In this document: positions 31,141 to 46,700 of the stretch, piece by piece
Position numbering within the stretch: the stretch's first letter is position 1
How the letters are laid out: each line of letters begins with the position of its first letter
Assembly (NCBI RefSeq): GCF_009834535.1
Contig: NC_045697.1
Location: 64,544,001 to 64,608,000, forward strand
Direction of reading: 5' to 3'
Length of the DNA stretch: 64,000 bases
Origin: Camelus ferus
Taxonomy: Eukaryota
Program-made: the position numbers and the translations under genes
The notes under the pieces: generated by a model
The model's input: the letters and a program-made list of their open reading frames with translations, nothing else
Database searches by the model: none
Told to the model about the DNA's origin: nothing

Positions 31141-32798
31141 AAGATTATTTTTAATCCTTTGGGAATGACATATTGCACTAGGATAATGGTATCCTAGAAC
31201 CTCACTATTATTTTAAATGTTTAATTTTTTTAAATGGGAAGATATGCCCAAGCTCCATTTTGTTGTCGAAAATCTCTGTGACTACCCTGGCAACCTGACT
31301 AGGGACCCTCTTATCTAAGGGCAGTACTTGGTGCTGTTAGATCTTCCCTACTGTCCACCTTACACCAGTTTGCATGAGTGTTCTTGTAATTTTAGGATTG
31401 TTTGGGTCAAGAAGGACTTTATTTTACAGGGAAGAATTTTCCTCTGTGATCCAGAACAAAGACTGGAGTGTGTGGGAATTGATTAGGCACCTTGGAGCCA
31501 AAGATTGAGGGCACAAGTCCCCCTTTACAGGTGGTTTTCCCATTTGGAGAGCTTTCTTGGCAGCAGTAATCAGTGAAACTACTCTGGTTTGGATGGCTAG
31601 TCTCAGTAATAGTAACCTTTGTACAAGTGTGTATCACCTTATATGGGGCATTCACAAGGCACCAATTATAGATGACCTTTATTTGTTAGCTGGATATACT
31701 ATACCAGTTATGACATTATTCATAAATAGATTGATAAGATTTCAATAATTCTTCCTCCACTCTCATCTTTTTTGGAAAGAACTCTTAGACAAATTTCAAT
31801 TTACAGAGACAGTATTTGCAAATGTCTTATTTATTTTTTCTGACTGAAACCCTAAGGATTCTTCTTGTAGTATCTATAAACAAAGTAACCTTCCACATAC
31901 TATACATTTAATGATTTTTCACAAGAGAAATCATATTTAAATTGAAAACTATGAGTTCAGAAGGAAGATTTGCTAATACTAGGCTTTGCAGTTTGGAATG
32001 CAACAACAGATTATCTCCAGTGCTGTTGAGTACTGGATTGAAATGAGTGTAAGTAAAAAGTGGAGCAGAAATCTACAGAGATGCACACATTTCGCTAGGA
32101 CTGTTTGTTGTTAGAGCTGAGAAGTGTAGGCTGCTGACAAACTGCTTTGAAGCTATTAGAAATGTCACACTTAGCCTGTAAATTAAAGTTGAAGTCATAA
32201 GTCTTGCAGAACTTCTAGCTACTAACTAAAGAGAAATGGCAGTGTAGAGAAATTCTGAATTTTTTTTTCAAGTTTGTCTTTTCAAATATATATATAAAAA
32301 TTATTCCAATCAGGATATTTACATTTCCAGGAAAATGAAATGTACTTTAACAGTATGCATGGCAACTTTTTTCATTCATCAAGATTCACTTCACAAACCT
32401 TTATTGAGCAATTACTACTACTCAAGGCCCTGTATCACTAATTGTAGAGGTTCTTCACAAAACTAACCTGTAGAGTTTCTCCACAACTTATAGCTCATGG
32501 GAGTTTGAGACATGTATAAGGAATTATTGCAATACACAGTTCATGTAGTGCCAACTGTACTCCCAAATGATGTGTCAGACTGATTTCTTGTTACTTTTAT
32601 GAAGTAATCTTTTTATAAATGATTGAAATGTATTTAATTTCTATGACAAACCATTTCTAAGACATGTGCCAGCCAAACTAAGAGCCACTTGAAATAAGGA
32701 GTCTGAAATTTAGGTATTAGAAGTAAATTCAAGTTAGAGCACTTAATCCAACTTGTACTGCTTTGTAGTTAGCTGAGCATCTTTTCTCTCCTCTAGTA

Positions 32799-33143
32799 CA
32801 GTTGGCCCTTCCTATCTGTGTTTTCTGCATTGTCGGATTCAACCAACTGAGAATAAAAAACATTCCAAAAATTTTTCAAAAAGTTCTAAAAAGCAAAACT
32901 TGAATTTGCTGCCAGGGCAGCTCTTTACATAGCATTTACATTGTATTTGCAGCTTTTTCTGTAACATTTACAATGTATTAGATATTATAAGTAATGTAGA
33001 GATGATTTAAAGTATATGGGAGGATGGGCTTAGATTGTATGCAAATAATGTGCCATTTTATATAAGGGATTTGAGCATCTGTGGATTTTGATATACGTAG
33101 GGGTCCTGGAACCCATCCCTTCCAGATACCGAGGGATGACTAT
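32799..33143 (+). mobile_element. MER2-family (Tigger) non-autonomous DNA transposon
   Basis: TA|CAGTTGGCCCTTCCTATCTG...CAGATACCGAGGGATGACT TIRs. Internal ggattcaaccaac, tttacatagcatttacattgtatt and agagatgatttaaagtata. Confidence 0.85.
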
Positions 33144-33439
33144 TTGAGTAACCCCAGAGTGTTGAGAATGTACTTTACATATCTTGTTCCTGTGAGGAAT
33201 ACCACAGAGTGGCTCAATAGCTCACAGGATTTCTATATAGAGTAGTCAAATTGCTAGTGTGAGAAAAGCAGAAGCTATTAAACCAGACTGAGTTTAAAGA
33301 AAAAAATTCTGGTTACATAATAATGTAATCTTCTCTATTTTAATTTATATAATGGGGTTAATAATTCCTGTTTCATTGATATTTTCAGCTTAATTTAAAT
33401 AATATGATACACATATAAAATCTAACACATATGAGGCAA

Positions 33440-33972
33440 GAACAGTCATTGCTTGATTTCCAACCATCTGTCACCCCTATCTCTTCTCAATAACTTCTGA
33501 TATCATTGTGGCTATCTATGGATATCTGTGGATATTGTACTACTAGAGTAAAGCATGTCACTCTGGCTGAGCCTACCAGCATATCAGTCCTTTTACCCAT
33601 GGTAATTGGTGTTTTAGGTAGACCGATACTGGCCTTATAGGAAAGTCTCAGTACTCATGATTGGAATTTAGAAATTTGAACTAAAGCTTTACCATTTTTT
33701 GGTAACAGTACTGTGTGAAGATGAGGAACCTAGATTTGCTGTAGCTATGTTGGCTTTCAGCCTGGAGACAGAGCCAGCAAGCAGAGCAGAGCAGAGCCAA
33801 GAGAACGGCAGAAAAATAGAGCCAAACCTTGAAGGTATTGTGAACCTCTGGATCAACTTGTGCCTGGAGCCTGCCCTCCTTTAGACTTTTCATTATGTGA
33901 GCCAACAACTGCTTGTTTAAAATTGATTTAAGTTTTCTTATTTATTCCTTGTTAAGCATCCTAACTGATAAC
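33440..33972 (+). mobile_element. MaLR LTR fragment (old MLT1)
   Basis: cctctggatcaacttgtgcctggagcc...agacttttcattatgtgagccaa...agcatcctaactgata is an MLT1-like 3' terminus. Confidence 0.65.
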
Positions 33973-34962
33973 GGTAGGTAGTCAATAAATCTTAGCTTCA
34001 TGAACTTCTTGAGCAGTTGATTACTACACTGTAAAGGGTCACATTCCTTGTGGCTTTTTATCTTCTTGTTTGAAGGAACTGTGTTCTGGGAAAAATTATG
34101 TTTCAAATCTTAGTTCCAAAGTTAATACTAAACCACACCCTTTGCAGAATGAGAGTAGTATATTACAAATTTTGGCATGAAGCCACAGTCAGCTACTAGG
34201 TATGGGACCAACAGAAATTTACTTAGTGTATCTGAACCTGTTCTTTCATTACAAAAAAAAAAAGAATAAATTTACTGTCCTATAAATTTATTTTTAAAGA
34301 AGATAATCCCTACAAAGTGTCCAGTCTTTGCTTGTTACATAACAAGCACCCAGTAATCAGTAATCATTATTATTCTGCTTTTTTTCTGACTTTGGAGGTA
34401 GTGATATTAGGGATCTTTTTAATATCAATTATGACTTTAGGATTAAAACAAAGGAATCATACATGTTATGAGTAAGTCAACGCATTTCTGAGTCCATTTG
34501 AATCACTTTTTCTTATGCAATTAAAAGAAGATTGAAGGGTGCAATAAAAGGATTTTTTAAATTTTAGAAGTTATACAATTATTGAGGAATATTTCCTACA
34601 AAATATTAAAGATGAGCTGCACAGAGGGATAACTGAATAGTTCCTATGCTTGTAAAAAACTGTCATTAAGTAATCTTCAAGAGCTGTGGTAGTTCATGGA
34701 GAAGAGATTAGACTTCATTAACTTGTTTTATCAGGACAAAATTTGTATGTGTACAGGGAAAAGACAAGTGAAAAAAGCATAAGAACAAAATCAAGTTATC
34801 TAATAATTATTTAGGGACAAACATTGTTAATACTATAATGTATGGCCTTCATTTTCATTACACATACATTGTATTTTTGTTAATGTCTATATTGTACATA
34901 TACCCACGTGCACACAGACACATTTGTTTTTGAGTAATTTGAAGTTCTGGATCCATGTATAT

Positions 34963-35677
<715 letters not shown>

Positions 35678-35699
35678 TGGATCCATGTATATTTAATCA

Positions 35700-36620
35700 T
35701 TCTTATTAGATGTCACAAAGGCACCCTACCCTTAATATGTTCAGAACTGAAAAATCTTTCCTAACATGCTGTCTACCGACTGCTTCATCATATGATGTCT
35801 GTTTCAGTGGGTGGTACCACCTTCTGGCAGTTGGGAAAGCCAGAACCCCTGGAGTAATGCTTGATGTCTCCTTTAATCTGCAGCCCCATAACCAGTCAAA
35901 CACAAATCCAGCTGTTTCTGCTTCCTAATATCTCCAGTTGATCTGTTGCTATTCATCTCTGTACTACTCCCTAGCTCAGGTGCTCAGCATCTCTTAGTTG
36001 GTCTATTGCAGTAACCTCATAACTTGCACACCTGTGTCTTCTGCCTCACTCCTATTAGTAGTGTTACTCTTTAGAGTAATTTGAGTAATACTTAAAACAT
36101 AAAAACTGTATCATGTCCTTACTATGCCTAAAATCTATTATGTTCTTGTATGACATGTATGAGTCTTAAGACAAAAACTAAGACCTTTACGATAACTTGT
36201 AAGGCTCTGGGTTTTCAGACCACTACCTCCTCATCAGTCTTTGCTCCCCAAACCACATTGCTCTTTCAGTTTTTTACTCAAATGTGTCATGATCCTTCTT
36301 CCTCGGGACCATTGGGTTTACTGCTTCCTCTTTGTAGATGACTTTCCCAACTTCGTACCCTATCATGCCTTACCTTTCTAATTAAATGCTTTTTCCTTGC
36401 TGAAGTCTTCTTGACTTTACAGACCAAGTCAGATCTCTCACCTTTCCTAGCTGTGCTTGTCCTTCACATCATTGATCTCAGTAGAAGCTAAAAGATGGTG
36501 ATTGTGTAATACTTTGTATGATATGTGTCTTATGCTAGTGTACACTTAACAAGGTCAGGAATTTTATGTTATAGTGTCACAGACATATCTCCAGTGTTCA
36601 GGATGGATTTTGTGCATAAG
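35700..36620 (+). mobile_element. LINE-2 fragment
   Basis: Pyrimidine-rich sense L2 motifs (aagccagaacccctggagtaatgcttgatgtctcc; tctattgcagtaacctcataact; tatcatgtccttactatgcctaaaatc). Confidence 0.65.
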
Positions 36621-36824
36621 CCTATACACAATATTTTGTACCATAATTATATCACGAACTCTGTTCAGTATTTTATAAAATAATGTTTTAATATCTGTGT
36701 GTTATTCTGTGAAGATAGAAAACAATCTGTTTAGCCAGACCCCCATTATTAGACTTTTAAATTATTTTATGGTCTACTGTTATAAATAAAGTTACAGTGA
36801 ATTCAGGAATCCATTGAATTGTGG

Positions 36825-37082
36825 GTACTGTGGGTTGAGCTCCCTAGAAGCAGAGCCTGAGATGGGGATTCTTGTGCAAATAGTTTATTGAGGATTGTTC
36901 CCAGAAGAAAACTGAAAGGAGTGTGCAGAGCAATATAGGGTATAGTTAGGAGCAAAGCAAATAAATGGTTCCAGAACTTTGTCCTCTGCCTGATCTCAAA
37001 GGGGTCTCTGGAATGAAAATTGCATTATAGTGGTTGGAAACCAGAGACCTGGACTATTATACCCATTAGTCTTTATCCATGA

Positions 37083-37145
<63 letters not shown>

Positions 37146-37260
37146 GTGCACAGGTGTGAACCTAAAGTGTCTGGACTGTAATGGGTTTCTAGGTGAGGCA
37201 CCAACAGCATCTGATTCAGAGAATATCTTAGAAGTTGCACAGAAGAGGTATTAAATAGAT
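36825..37260 (-). mobile_element. ERVL LTR fragment (LTR16/LTR33-like) containing a (TG)n
   Basis: tccctagaagcagagcctgagatggggattcttgtgcaaatagtttattgagg is characteristic of the antisense 3' end of old ERVL LTRs. Confidence 0.65.
37087..37142. repeat. (TG)28 microsatellite
   Basis: Directly visible, uninterrupted. Confidence 0.98.
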
Positions 37261-38634
37261 TTTGATATATAACCTATAGAGAAAGCACATTCTGAAGAGA
37301 AGGAACAAAACACAATAAGGAAATGGTTGAACATGTTTTTGAGGAAAATGGGTTATGTGTTATAAATAAAATAAAGGCTGAATGAGGAGTAAATATTTGG
37401 AGACTAAATTAGAAAAATTTATTGGACCTGTATCACAAAAGATCTTAAATCCATGTTGGTATAAAGTATACATTGATCAATGAAGACATAATTGTGTATT
37501 TGTATAATTTTGGGTTTATTCAACAGACATATTGTGTTTATATAATTTTGGTTTAATTTTAAAGGTCTGTACGTCTTTAAGTAGAAAAGTCTTTACCCCT
37601 GAGGCACAATATCTTTTCTCTACACTTTCAATGGAGTGTTAAATTAGTTTTTGTGAAAAAATTGGAAGGTATCTTGCCTGGTGTTGAGAAATTTGCAGTA
37701 TGTGAAAACACATAGAGAGATATGCACCCAAGTTCTCTATTTCTCTCAGCTTTATATTTATTAAATGCATTGTATGAAGAAAGTTTGTTCTAAAACATCT
37801 TACTTTTATGCCTTTAGATACCATAAAAATATGGCACTGAAAAGTGTTTTTTAAAGAGAATGCCATGAAAAATAGCATAGTGAAAACCATACAAGGATTT
37901 TGTGTATGTGTAGAAAATATTTGAGTTCATTAACACTATTTAAAATAAAAAAAAATCTTGCAGTGTACCATGATTACTAAATCATAAGTGTAATATTTAG
38001 TTCTTCTCAATTTATTTTCTTTGTTTATAAAATGTTGTTGGATACCTCCTTGCCTTATGGGGGGATGGCAGTTGAAAAGCTAATGAGTTAATGTTTATGG
38101 AGGCTTTTTGAGGCCTTTAGATGAAAGGTACAGTATAAACCCAAAATATTAATCTTTAAGTGTGAAATACTCTAATTACTTCCCATTGCCACAGGGACAT
38201 TATTGGAGATTTATACCTTCCTCTGAAATACCTGGCACAACTGTTATATGAGGCAGCATAATTTTTGGTGAACCATTATAATTCTGTGGTCATTACCATG
38301 TATCAAAGAGAATAGTTTAAGTATATGTGTTATATTTGCATATTCAGCATCTGAATATTTTCCATTATTCATTTATTGATATAACAAACATTAAGATGAT
38401 TTAAAATGCAGATCCATTATGCTGTACTATCTATGTTGCTGTCAGAATTTTTTTGTGATGTTAAGGTATAAGGAGAAAATGGGAAGATTTTAAAAGAGTT
38501 TGAAAGAAGATCAAATATGATGTTCAATATATTGGCTTTAAAACTAGAACAGTTAGATATTCATTAACAATCTTATAACAGTAAAGGAAGAAAATACTCA
38601 TTGCAGTGGTATTTTTATATTTATACAATATTAG

Positions 38635-38880
38635 TGGTACCATTTATTGACATATATATATATTTATATATTTGCCATGCATGGGGCTGATCATATTTCC
38701 TACATTATTGTGATCCTCATAATAGCTCTATGAAATAGAGGTGGAAAATCTGGAATTTAAACATGAGGAGAATGTGGCAAAAAGCAGGTGATTAGCCAGC
38801 AGAAGGTCACAGAACTACTTGGAGATGGAGCCAGGATTTAAATTCAAGCAGTGTGACTCTTGAGTTGCTTCTTTAGCCCC
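38635..38880 (-). mobile_element. MIR SINE
   Basis: gatcctcataatagctctatgaaatag...aaggtcacagaact...gatggagccaggatttaaattcaagcagtgtgactc. Confidence 0.7.
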
Positions 38881-41800
38881 TGTACGATACTAAATCTCGA
38901 TAATGCTACCTTTCCAATGTTCTGCCTATTTCACTCTTGTGGAATCTACTGAATGTATAATATACATCAAGATAATTTTAATAACAAAATGAAACTTGAA
39001 GGAGTTCTCAGTAGAAGCAGAGGTCTCCTTTGCCAAGTTTTTCTACATGAACTGATGATCTGGTTTCTTGCCAAACCAGTAAGTATAAACACTGAAATTG
39101 TGCAGAGAAGAATTCAAGACATAAAGCTCATTTTTGTTAGACTCATGTTGAAAACACATAGCTAAGGACTCAGCACAAGTAAACTGAGTTTATGAATGGT
39201 AGTCTCTGGCATTTTCTTGAATCTGGGAAACAAAATTCTTTCTATGAATTCCCACAAAGTAGACTAAAAATTCCCTTGGAAGGGACTTTTTAAATGAACA
39301 ATTTACAAAGTATAATTTAGGAAAATTATAAAATAAGGCTATTGTGAAAATTCAGACAAATTATATATCTAGTTTAGAAATTGCATCTCGTTTCTCTTTT
39401 CTCTCTCTCCCACACTCTGCCCCCCTCTCCCAGGCTTTCTCATACATACACACAGTCACCATTCATATAAATCAAATTTTTGAAACAATAAAATGAAGTC
39501 ATCTTATTTTTAATTTCCCCCTATATCTGTTCACTACATTTTCCAACATGAACGTCCTGAAGCAGTATGAATAATGTTATTCTTTATTTAGAATAGCTCA
39601 GAGGCTTAGCAATGGTGTCCATATTCTTTGAAATTCTGTGCAAAAAGTCCATCTTAATTTGGTACCTGCTTAATTCCCACATTTATCTCCTGCATTCTCA
39701 GATGTTCTCCCTGATCTTTGACTCTCCCTTGAGAATTGTTACCTTACTAGTTCCTGTCTGGATGCCTTTGACCATGTTGTTTTCTTTAGCTGGAGTTTTA
39801 CATGATGAACACCTACTTAATATCTCAAGATTCAACTCAAAGAAATAATTCCTCTGTAAAGTGTCCCTGTCCTCCTCCAGCAGAGAAAGATAGTTATCTG
39901 TTCCTAGATGCTCACATGGCATCCTCTGTTTACTACATTGCATTGTGATTTTTATACAGGATACTGCTTTGCATTTACTTATTTACCATTTTCTTTTCCA
40001 TTATATTGTCAACTGCTCAAAGCTTGTGCCTATGGCTTATTTGTCTGGTTCACTATGACTGTCACAGTGCTGACTAATGTACAGAAAGTTAAAACAGGAC
40101 TCGTCTATTTCAGAGTTCTTGCTGAGGCCACAAGGCAGAGAATAATATATGTCAAGTATTTTAGACTGTGTGGGCTTGCAGCAGAAGTTTTTAAAACCAG
40201 TCTCTGCACATATTTGTGATAAATATTAAATGAATAAGTAAATGAGTACCATGAAAGTTCTGATAGACTATTGCTTCAGTGTAAGCTTATATCCTTTTTC
40301 TTTTCTTTGCTTAATATATGTGGCTTCTGTATTTTTTGGAATTACTTTTTCAAATCAGATTGGAAAGGCTCATCAGTCCTCCAGTACACTTCAGTTTCTA
40401 GCTTTCATTGCTTCTGTCACTGCCACATTATGTCAGTGTTGGAAATAAGTCCCATATGGTCCAGTGTGTTCTGTCTACTGTCTCCCTTGCTAGTTTAGAT
40501 TCCTGTCCAGGAAGAGATGGCAATTCACAGTTATTTTCTAAAGCTTCAATTTTATTTTTATATTCATATGCTCAGCTATTTCTCTGAAAAATGCTACTAA
40601 TAAGTCTAGAAGTGCTTCTACAACCATGCATAACATGTGCTGCAACCCAGCTTTCCCAAGGCCCTCCATCACCTCACTCTGACTGATCTTTCTTTTAGGG
40701 ACCTTTGATCTCTTGTCAGCTGTTAAACTGAAGCACATTATTTAGGGATATCTTAGGACCTCAACTGCATAGATTACGAAAATGCTTAACTTTAAAGGTC
40801 TTTGGGAAGGATGTAGGTTCTCCATCCTTTCCTTTGAAGAGAATTCTTGGCCTTGTAAAAATCTACCTACCTTTTGCCTGGGATCACCTTTATATACCAA
40901 GGATTTATGAAATGGACAGTCTTTTCAGGCCACCAGAGGTCAAGTTACACAGTGGGTGCCTACCCAGCTGTATTTGCACAAGTGACAGGGCAAGTGCTAC
41001 TTCATGGTGACTTTCCAAGTTTACCTAGACACACATTGTTGACAGCTTCTCTTGGTAAAATACTTTTATACATCACATTGGTAAAAAAAAATTGCTTTGA
41101 GAACAAAGGAAAAAATTTCACTGCAAAATCATAATTGACAATATTTCAAAGTATTTCTTTATTTCACAATATTAGCAAATGGTGTCTGAGATTGCATGTG
41201 GAGAAATGTGAACCTTAAGGAGCTATTTCTAAGAAGTAATTTGGCTAATGCTGAGTGCTAGATAAGAGTCTAATATGGGAACCATACAAAATTATCCTCA
41301 CATCTGCTACAAACAGATAAACACTTGAGAATCAAGGTTCATTGTTAGACTCCTATGGATAAAGGAATATTTTGATATTTCTTTTAAAATTTATGTGACA
41401 GTTTGAAGGATATCAAAATCATTGGTTGTACCTTGTCAGGTAGTATTTTTATTTTTATTGAGTAATAACAAACACTTATTGACTACTTCATTTATTTAAC
41501 AGATGTTATTGTGTGTCTATAGCACTGTGCGGACACTTAGAATTAAAAAACAAACAAATTAGACCAAGTCACGTCCCTCAGGGGCCTACATTCTAGTTTT
41601 GGGGAGAAAAACAACAGAATAAAAATATTTTTAAAAAATGAGTTAAAGTAATTATCATCAAGAGACTGAAAGTTAGGATAAAAAGAACTTAAAATGTTAA
41701 ATAAAATGCAAGGGTTAAATAATATATGGACATGTAAAAATTAAATAAAACTCCCCAGAGAGCATAGATTTAAGTGCTATATAAGTTTAAAAAATGAAGC

Positions 41801-43104
41801 TATGAATTGAGAGGGTGTGATCACTTTAGCTTTAATGGTTTATTGAAGGAAGTGGGACATAAGGTTGAAAAAGCCATATATTTAGTGATGTCAGTTATCT
41901 CATCAATGGCTCATTTGAGTTAAAATGTTTAGAAGCAACAGTCTTATATTAGCACACTAGAATTTTCTGGTGAATTTACTCATAATCAATAAACATCTAT
42001 AGAAGGATCTTCTTGAAAGGAAATTCATTGAACAAAATCTGATAAATCAATTAAGATTCAAGTGTGAGTGTTCATTCATAGATTTCTTCTGCAAACAATT
42101 TTGGTGGAAGGAGTTTTCAGTAACATGATGACGTGTATTGATTGTTACTGTAAAAGAAAAGCATACAAATTTTCAGGCAATCTGTTCATTGAAAGATGCT
42201 TTAAAATACTTGAAAATTGGCAACTGCTTCTCAGTATCCTAATGCTATATTCTCTTGTTCCTAAGCTATGTTCTGGAAATGAGTTGACTGTGTATAGAAA
42301 GGCAAGGATCTTTGTCCCTTGTGTTCACTATGTATCCCATGGTTGAAGCAATGGACAAACATGGCATGATGTTATAGTCATTCAGTAAATATATTTGTTA
42401 AATGAGTAGAAGGTGTAATATAAACTAAAGAAAGCCTATTTTATATATTTCCTTCTAGTATTGCAAGAATAAATTTAATTTATTATAATTGCTTATTTTT
42501 ATTTATTGCATTCTCAAATTTATCTTTCCTCTGCTTATTTACTGTGCTTTTTATTTAAAATATTTTTTATAAAACTTTGATGTTTTATGTAAGTTTTCTG
42601 TACAGGAATTGATTTTGCCAACTGGAAAAGAAAGGCTCAGACTAATCTACCTCGGCATGTTTGCATTTGTAGACTAGTTGAATATTATCATTGTTATTGT
42701 ATGCATGTGTATAAATACTGTATATACACACAACACACATTGTAAATATTATCTATCAACTGTATTATACAACACCTATCCTATAATCACATGATAATCT
42801 AAGGTATTTTTTGAAAAACTTCAAAATGAAGCTAGGCCAGCTAGCTAATTTATTTGAGACACTAAATTTTTTATAGGAATGCCATCTGAATTTCTTTATG
42901 CACACTGACACCCCTGCCTCAGTATGAGAAAATAAAGTGTTTTGTGCCCAGCATATTTAAAGAAAAATATTTGGAGTGTGAAATTAATTGTGGACCACTG
43001 TGAAAGAAATTACATATTCTCAAATGCTTTTATTCCCTGTTGCTTTAACCTATCTTTAATGATTATTTTCCCTTGATTACTTAACATTTTTAAGATTTTT
43101 GGCT

Positions 43105-43285
43105 TCTGTTCAAGTTATCTCTTGCTGTAAAACTTCTTTCTTCTACAAACTTAGTGACTCAAAACAAAAACAACACTTATTTTGCTTATGAATCTGTGAT
43201 TTGGGCATGGGTTGTCAGGGACAGTTTGTCTCTGTTCGACTCAGTGTCACCTAGGACAGCTCAAAGACTGGAGTCTAGAATCTTC
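43105..43285 (-). mobile_element. MaLR LTR fragment (MLT1-like)
   Basis: aaacttagtgactcaaaacaa...ttattttgcttatgaatctgtgatttgggcatggg...gtctctgttc. Confidence 0.6.
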
Positions 43286-43294
43286 ATTTCCCCT

Positions 43295-43730
43295 ACCTTA
43301 TTAGTTACTAATTGACATATAAATGGCATGTATTTAAAGTGTACTATATGATGATTTGATATATATATGCATTGTGAAATAATGATCACAATCAGATTAA
43401 TTAACACCTACATCACTTCACATTGTTAACTTTTCTTTTTCATGGTGAGAATACTCAAGTTCTACTCTTCTATTATTATAAGCATACAGTGTGGTATTAA
43501 TTATAGTCATCTTGCTGTAAATTAGATACCCAGAGCTTTTTCATCTTTTTAACTTAAGGCTTCTATCCATTGACCAGCATCTCCCTGTTTTCTCCATTCT
43601 CCAGCCCCTTGTAACTACCCTTCTACTCTCTGTTTTTGTGGGTTTGACTCTGTTTTTTTCTTTAAGATTTACATATAAGGAAGATCATGCAGTATTTGGC
43701 TTTCCCTGTGTAGCTTATTTTGTTGTTATA
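43295..43730 (-). mobile_element. LINE-1 3' end fragment (L1MA9-like)
   Basis: taattgacatataaa...tatttaaagtgtac...gatcacaatcagattaattaacac...ggtgagaatactcaag...aagatcatgcagtatttg is a typical antisense L1MA 3' UTR. Confidence 0.8.
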
Positions 43731-46700
43731 AGGTATTCACCCTACCTGTGAGGTAGTATAGTGTTATTTGAAAGTGGACTTGGATTAAATGTAAATGTAT
43801 ATTGCACACTTAAGGACAGCCACTAAAAAAGTGAAAAAGAAAAAGAATGCTATGCTAAGAAAGGAGAGAAAAATGAATCGTGTAAAATACTCAAAACCAT
43901 GACAGGAAAAGAGTGAAAGACAAAAATAGGAATAAATAACAAGAGCAACAAATAGAAAAATGTAATGGATATGGTAGATATTAATCTAACTATATCAATA
44001 ATATTTTGAACATCAATTATCTAAATGAGCCAGTTAAAAGACATTGTCAGATTGGATGAAAAAACAAGAACCATATATGTTGTCTAAAGCAACCTACTTT
44101 AAATATAAAGGTGCATAGATAGAGGAAGAGTATATGAATGGAGAAAAATGTACCATGCTATGGCTAATCAAATGAAAGCAGGGGTAGATATATTAATTTC
44201 AGATAGAACTGACTTCAGTGCAAGGAGAATTACCGGGGATAAAAAGGGAATATAATCATAGATGGGTCAAATGTCAAAGAAGATGTAACAATCCTCAATG
44301 TGTATAAATCTCACAACAGAGTGTCAAACTGTGTGAGGCAAATCCTAATAGAATTGCATTGAGAAATAGATAAATCCACTATTGTAGTTGGAGAATTCTC
44401 AGAAATGGAGAACTCCAGCATGCGGAAAATCAGTGAGGAAAATAGTTGAACTCAACAACATGATAAATCAACTGGATATAATTCACATCTATAGATTGAT
44501 TCATCCAAAAACAGCCAAATAAACATTTTTTCTCAGGTTAACATGGAATATTTACCAAGATAGACAGCATTCTGGGCCACAAAACACCCCTTAACACATT
44601 TACAAGAGTAAAAATTATATAATGTCTGCTCTCAGACCACAGTGGAATTAAATTAGAATCCAGTGACACAATCAAAACTGGAAAACCTCCAAATACATGG
44701 AGACTCAGCAGCACACTTCTAAATAACATGTAAGTCAAAGAAGAAATCTCAAGAAATTTAAAAATATTTTAAACTAAATGAAAATGAAAACACAGCTTAT
44801 CAAAATTTGTGAGATATAGCTAAAGCAATACAAGAGGGAAATCCATAGCATTAAATGCATATATTAGGAAAGGAAAAAGATTTAAAATCAATCATCTACG
44901 TTTCTGCCTCAGGAAATTTAGAAAAAGAAGAGCAAATTAAATCCAAAGTAAGCATAGAAAATAAATCACAAGAATTAGAGCAGAAATCAATGAAATTGAA
45001 AATAGGAAATTAATAGAGAAAAATCAATGATAACAAAAGTAAGCTTTTTGAAAAGATCAATAAAATTGATATGTTTCTTGACAGGCTAAGAAAAAAGAAG
45101 AGAAGCTACAAATTATTTATATCACATGTAAAAGAAGGGACATCATTATGGATCCCATGGACATTGAAAGAATGAAAAAGGAATACTATGTATAACTCTA
45201 TGTTCACAATTTGATAACCAAAATGAAATGAACCAATTCCTTGAAGGACACAATTTTCCATAACTTACACTAGTAATAGGTGATCTGAATAAGGCTATAT
45301 CTATTAAAGACATTGAATCAATAATAAATAACCTTCCAAAACAGCACCGGAACCAGGTGGGTTCATTGGCAAGTTTTACCAAACATTTAAGGAAGGAATT
45401 AGACCAATTCTGTACAATCCCTTTCAGAGTATAGAAGCAGAGGGAATATTTACTCATTCTATGATGCCAGCATCACTCTAATACTAAAACCAGGCAGAGA
45501 AAACTACAGACCAGTATTTCTTGTGAAAATGAATGCAAAAATCCTCAATAAAATTGAGCAAATTGAATCCTACAATGTATAAAAAGAATTATATACCACA
45601 ACTGAGTGGGCTTTATCCAAGTTATCCAAGTCTGAGTCAACATTCAAAAATCAATTAATGTAATCCATCAAAATATAGGCCAAAAAAAAATTTAAGAACA
45701 TATTAATAGACTCAGAAGACATATTTGACAATGTTCAACACATATGCATGATGAAAAATCTCAATAAACTAGGAACACAAGGGAATGTCCTCATTCTCAA
45801 AGAATATCTACAAAAAACCTATAGCTAATTTCATATGCAATGGTGAGAAACTTAAAGCTTTCCCACTTTAAGATTAGGTAGAAGGTAAGGAGATCTCCTT
45901 CCATAACTACTTTTCAACATCTTACATGAAGCTCTCGCTAATGCAGTAAGGCAAGAAAAGAAAATAAAAGTCATAGTTTGTGGAGGAAGAAATAAAATTA
46001 TTTTTGTTCACAGAAGACATGGTCATCTAGATCCATGTAGAAAATCCAAGATAATTGACAAAAAAATCCCAAAACTAAAAAACTGATTATAGCAAGATTG
46101 CAGGTATAAGGTTAACTTATAAAAGTCAATCACTTTCCGATATACCAGCAGTGAAAAAGGAGAATCTGAAATTAATAGCACAATATTATTAACATTTTAA
46201 CATTAGCACCCCCTAAATGAAATACTTACTATAAATCTAGCAAAATATGTAGACCATCTGTGTTCTACAAGAAAACTATAAAACTCTCGAAAGAAATAAA
46301 AAATAACTAAGTGAATGGAGAGAGCTATTCCATGCTGATGGATATGAAAAATCAATATTGTCAAGATGTCATTTCTTTCCAACTTGATATATAGATTCAA
46401 TGCAATTCCAATCAAAATCTCAGCAGGTTATTTTATGATACTGATAAACTGATTCTAAAATTTATATGGAGAGACCTAAGGCCCAGAATAGCCAACACAG
46501 GGAGAAGACCAAAATTGGAGGATTGACACTACTTGACTTTAAGTCTTTCTATAAAGCTACTGTGATCAAGACAGAGTGATATTGGCAAAGTAATAGACAC
46601 ATAGATCAGTAGAACAGAATAGAGAGCCTAGAAATAGACCCCCATAAATATAGTCTACTAATCTTTGACAGAGGAGCAAAGGAAACATAATGAAGCAATA

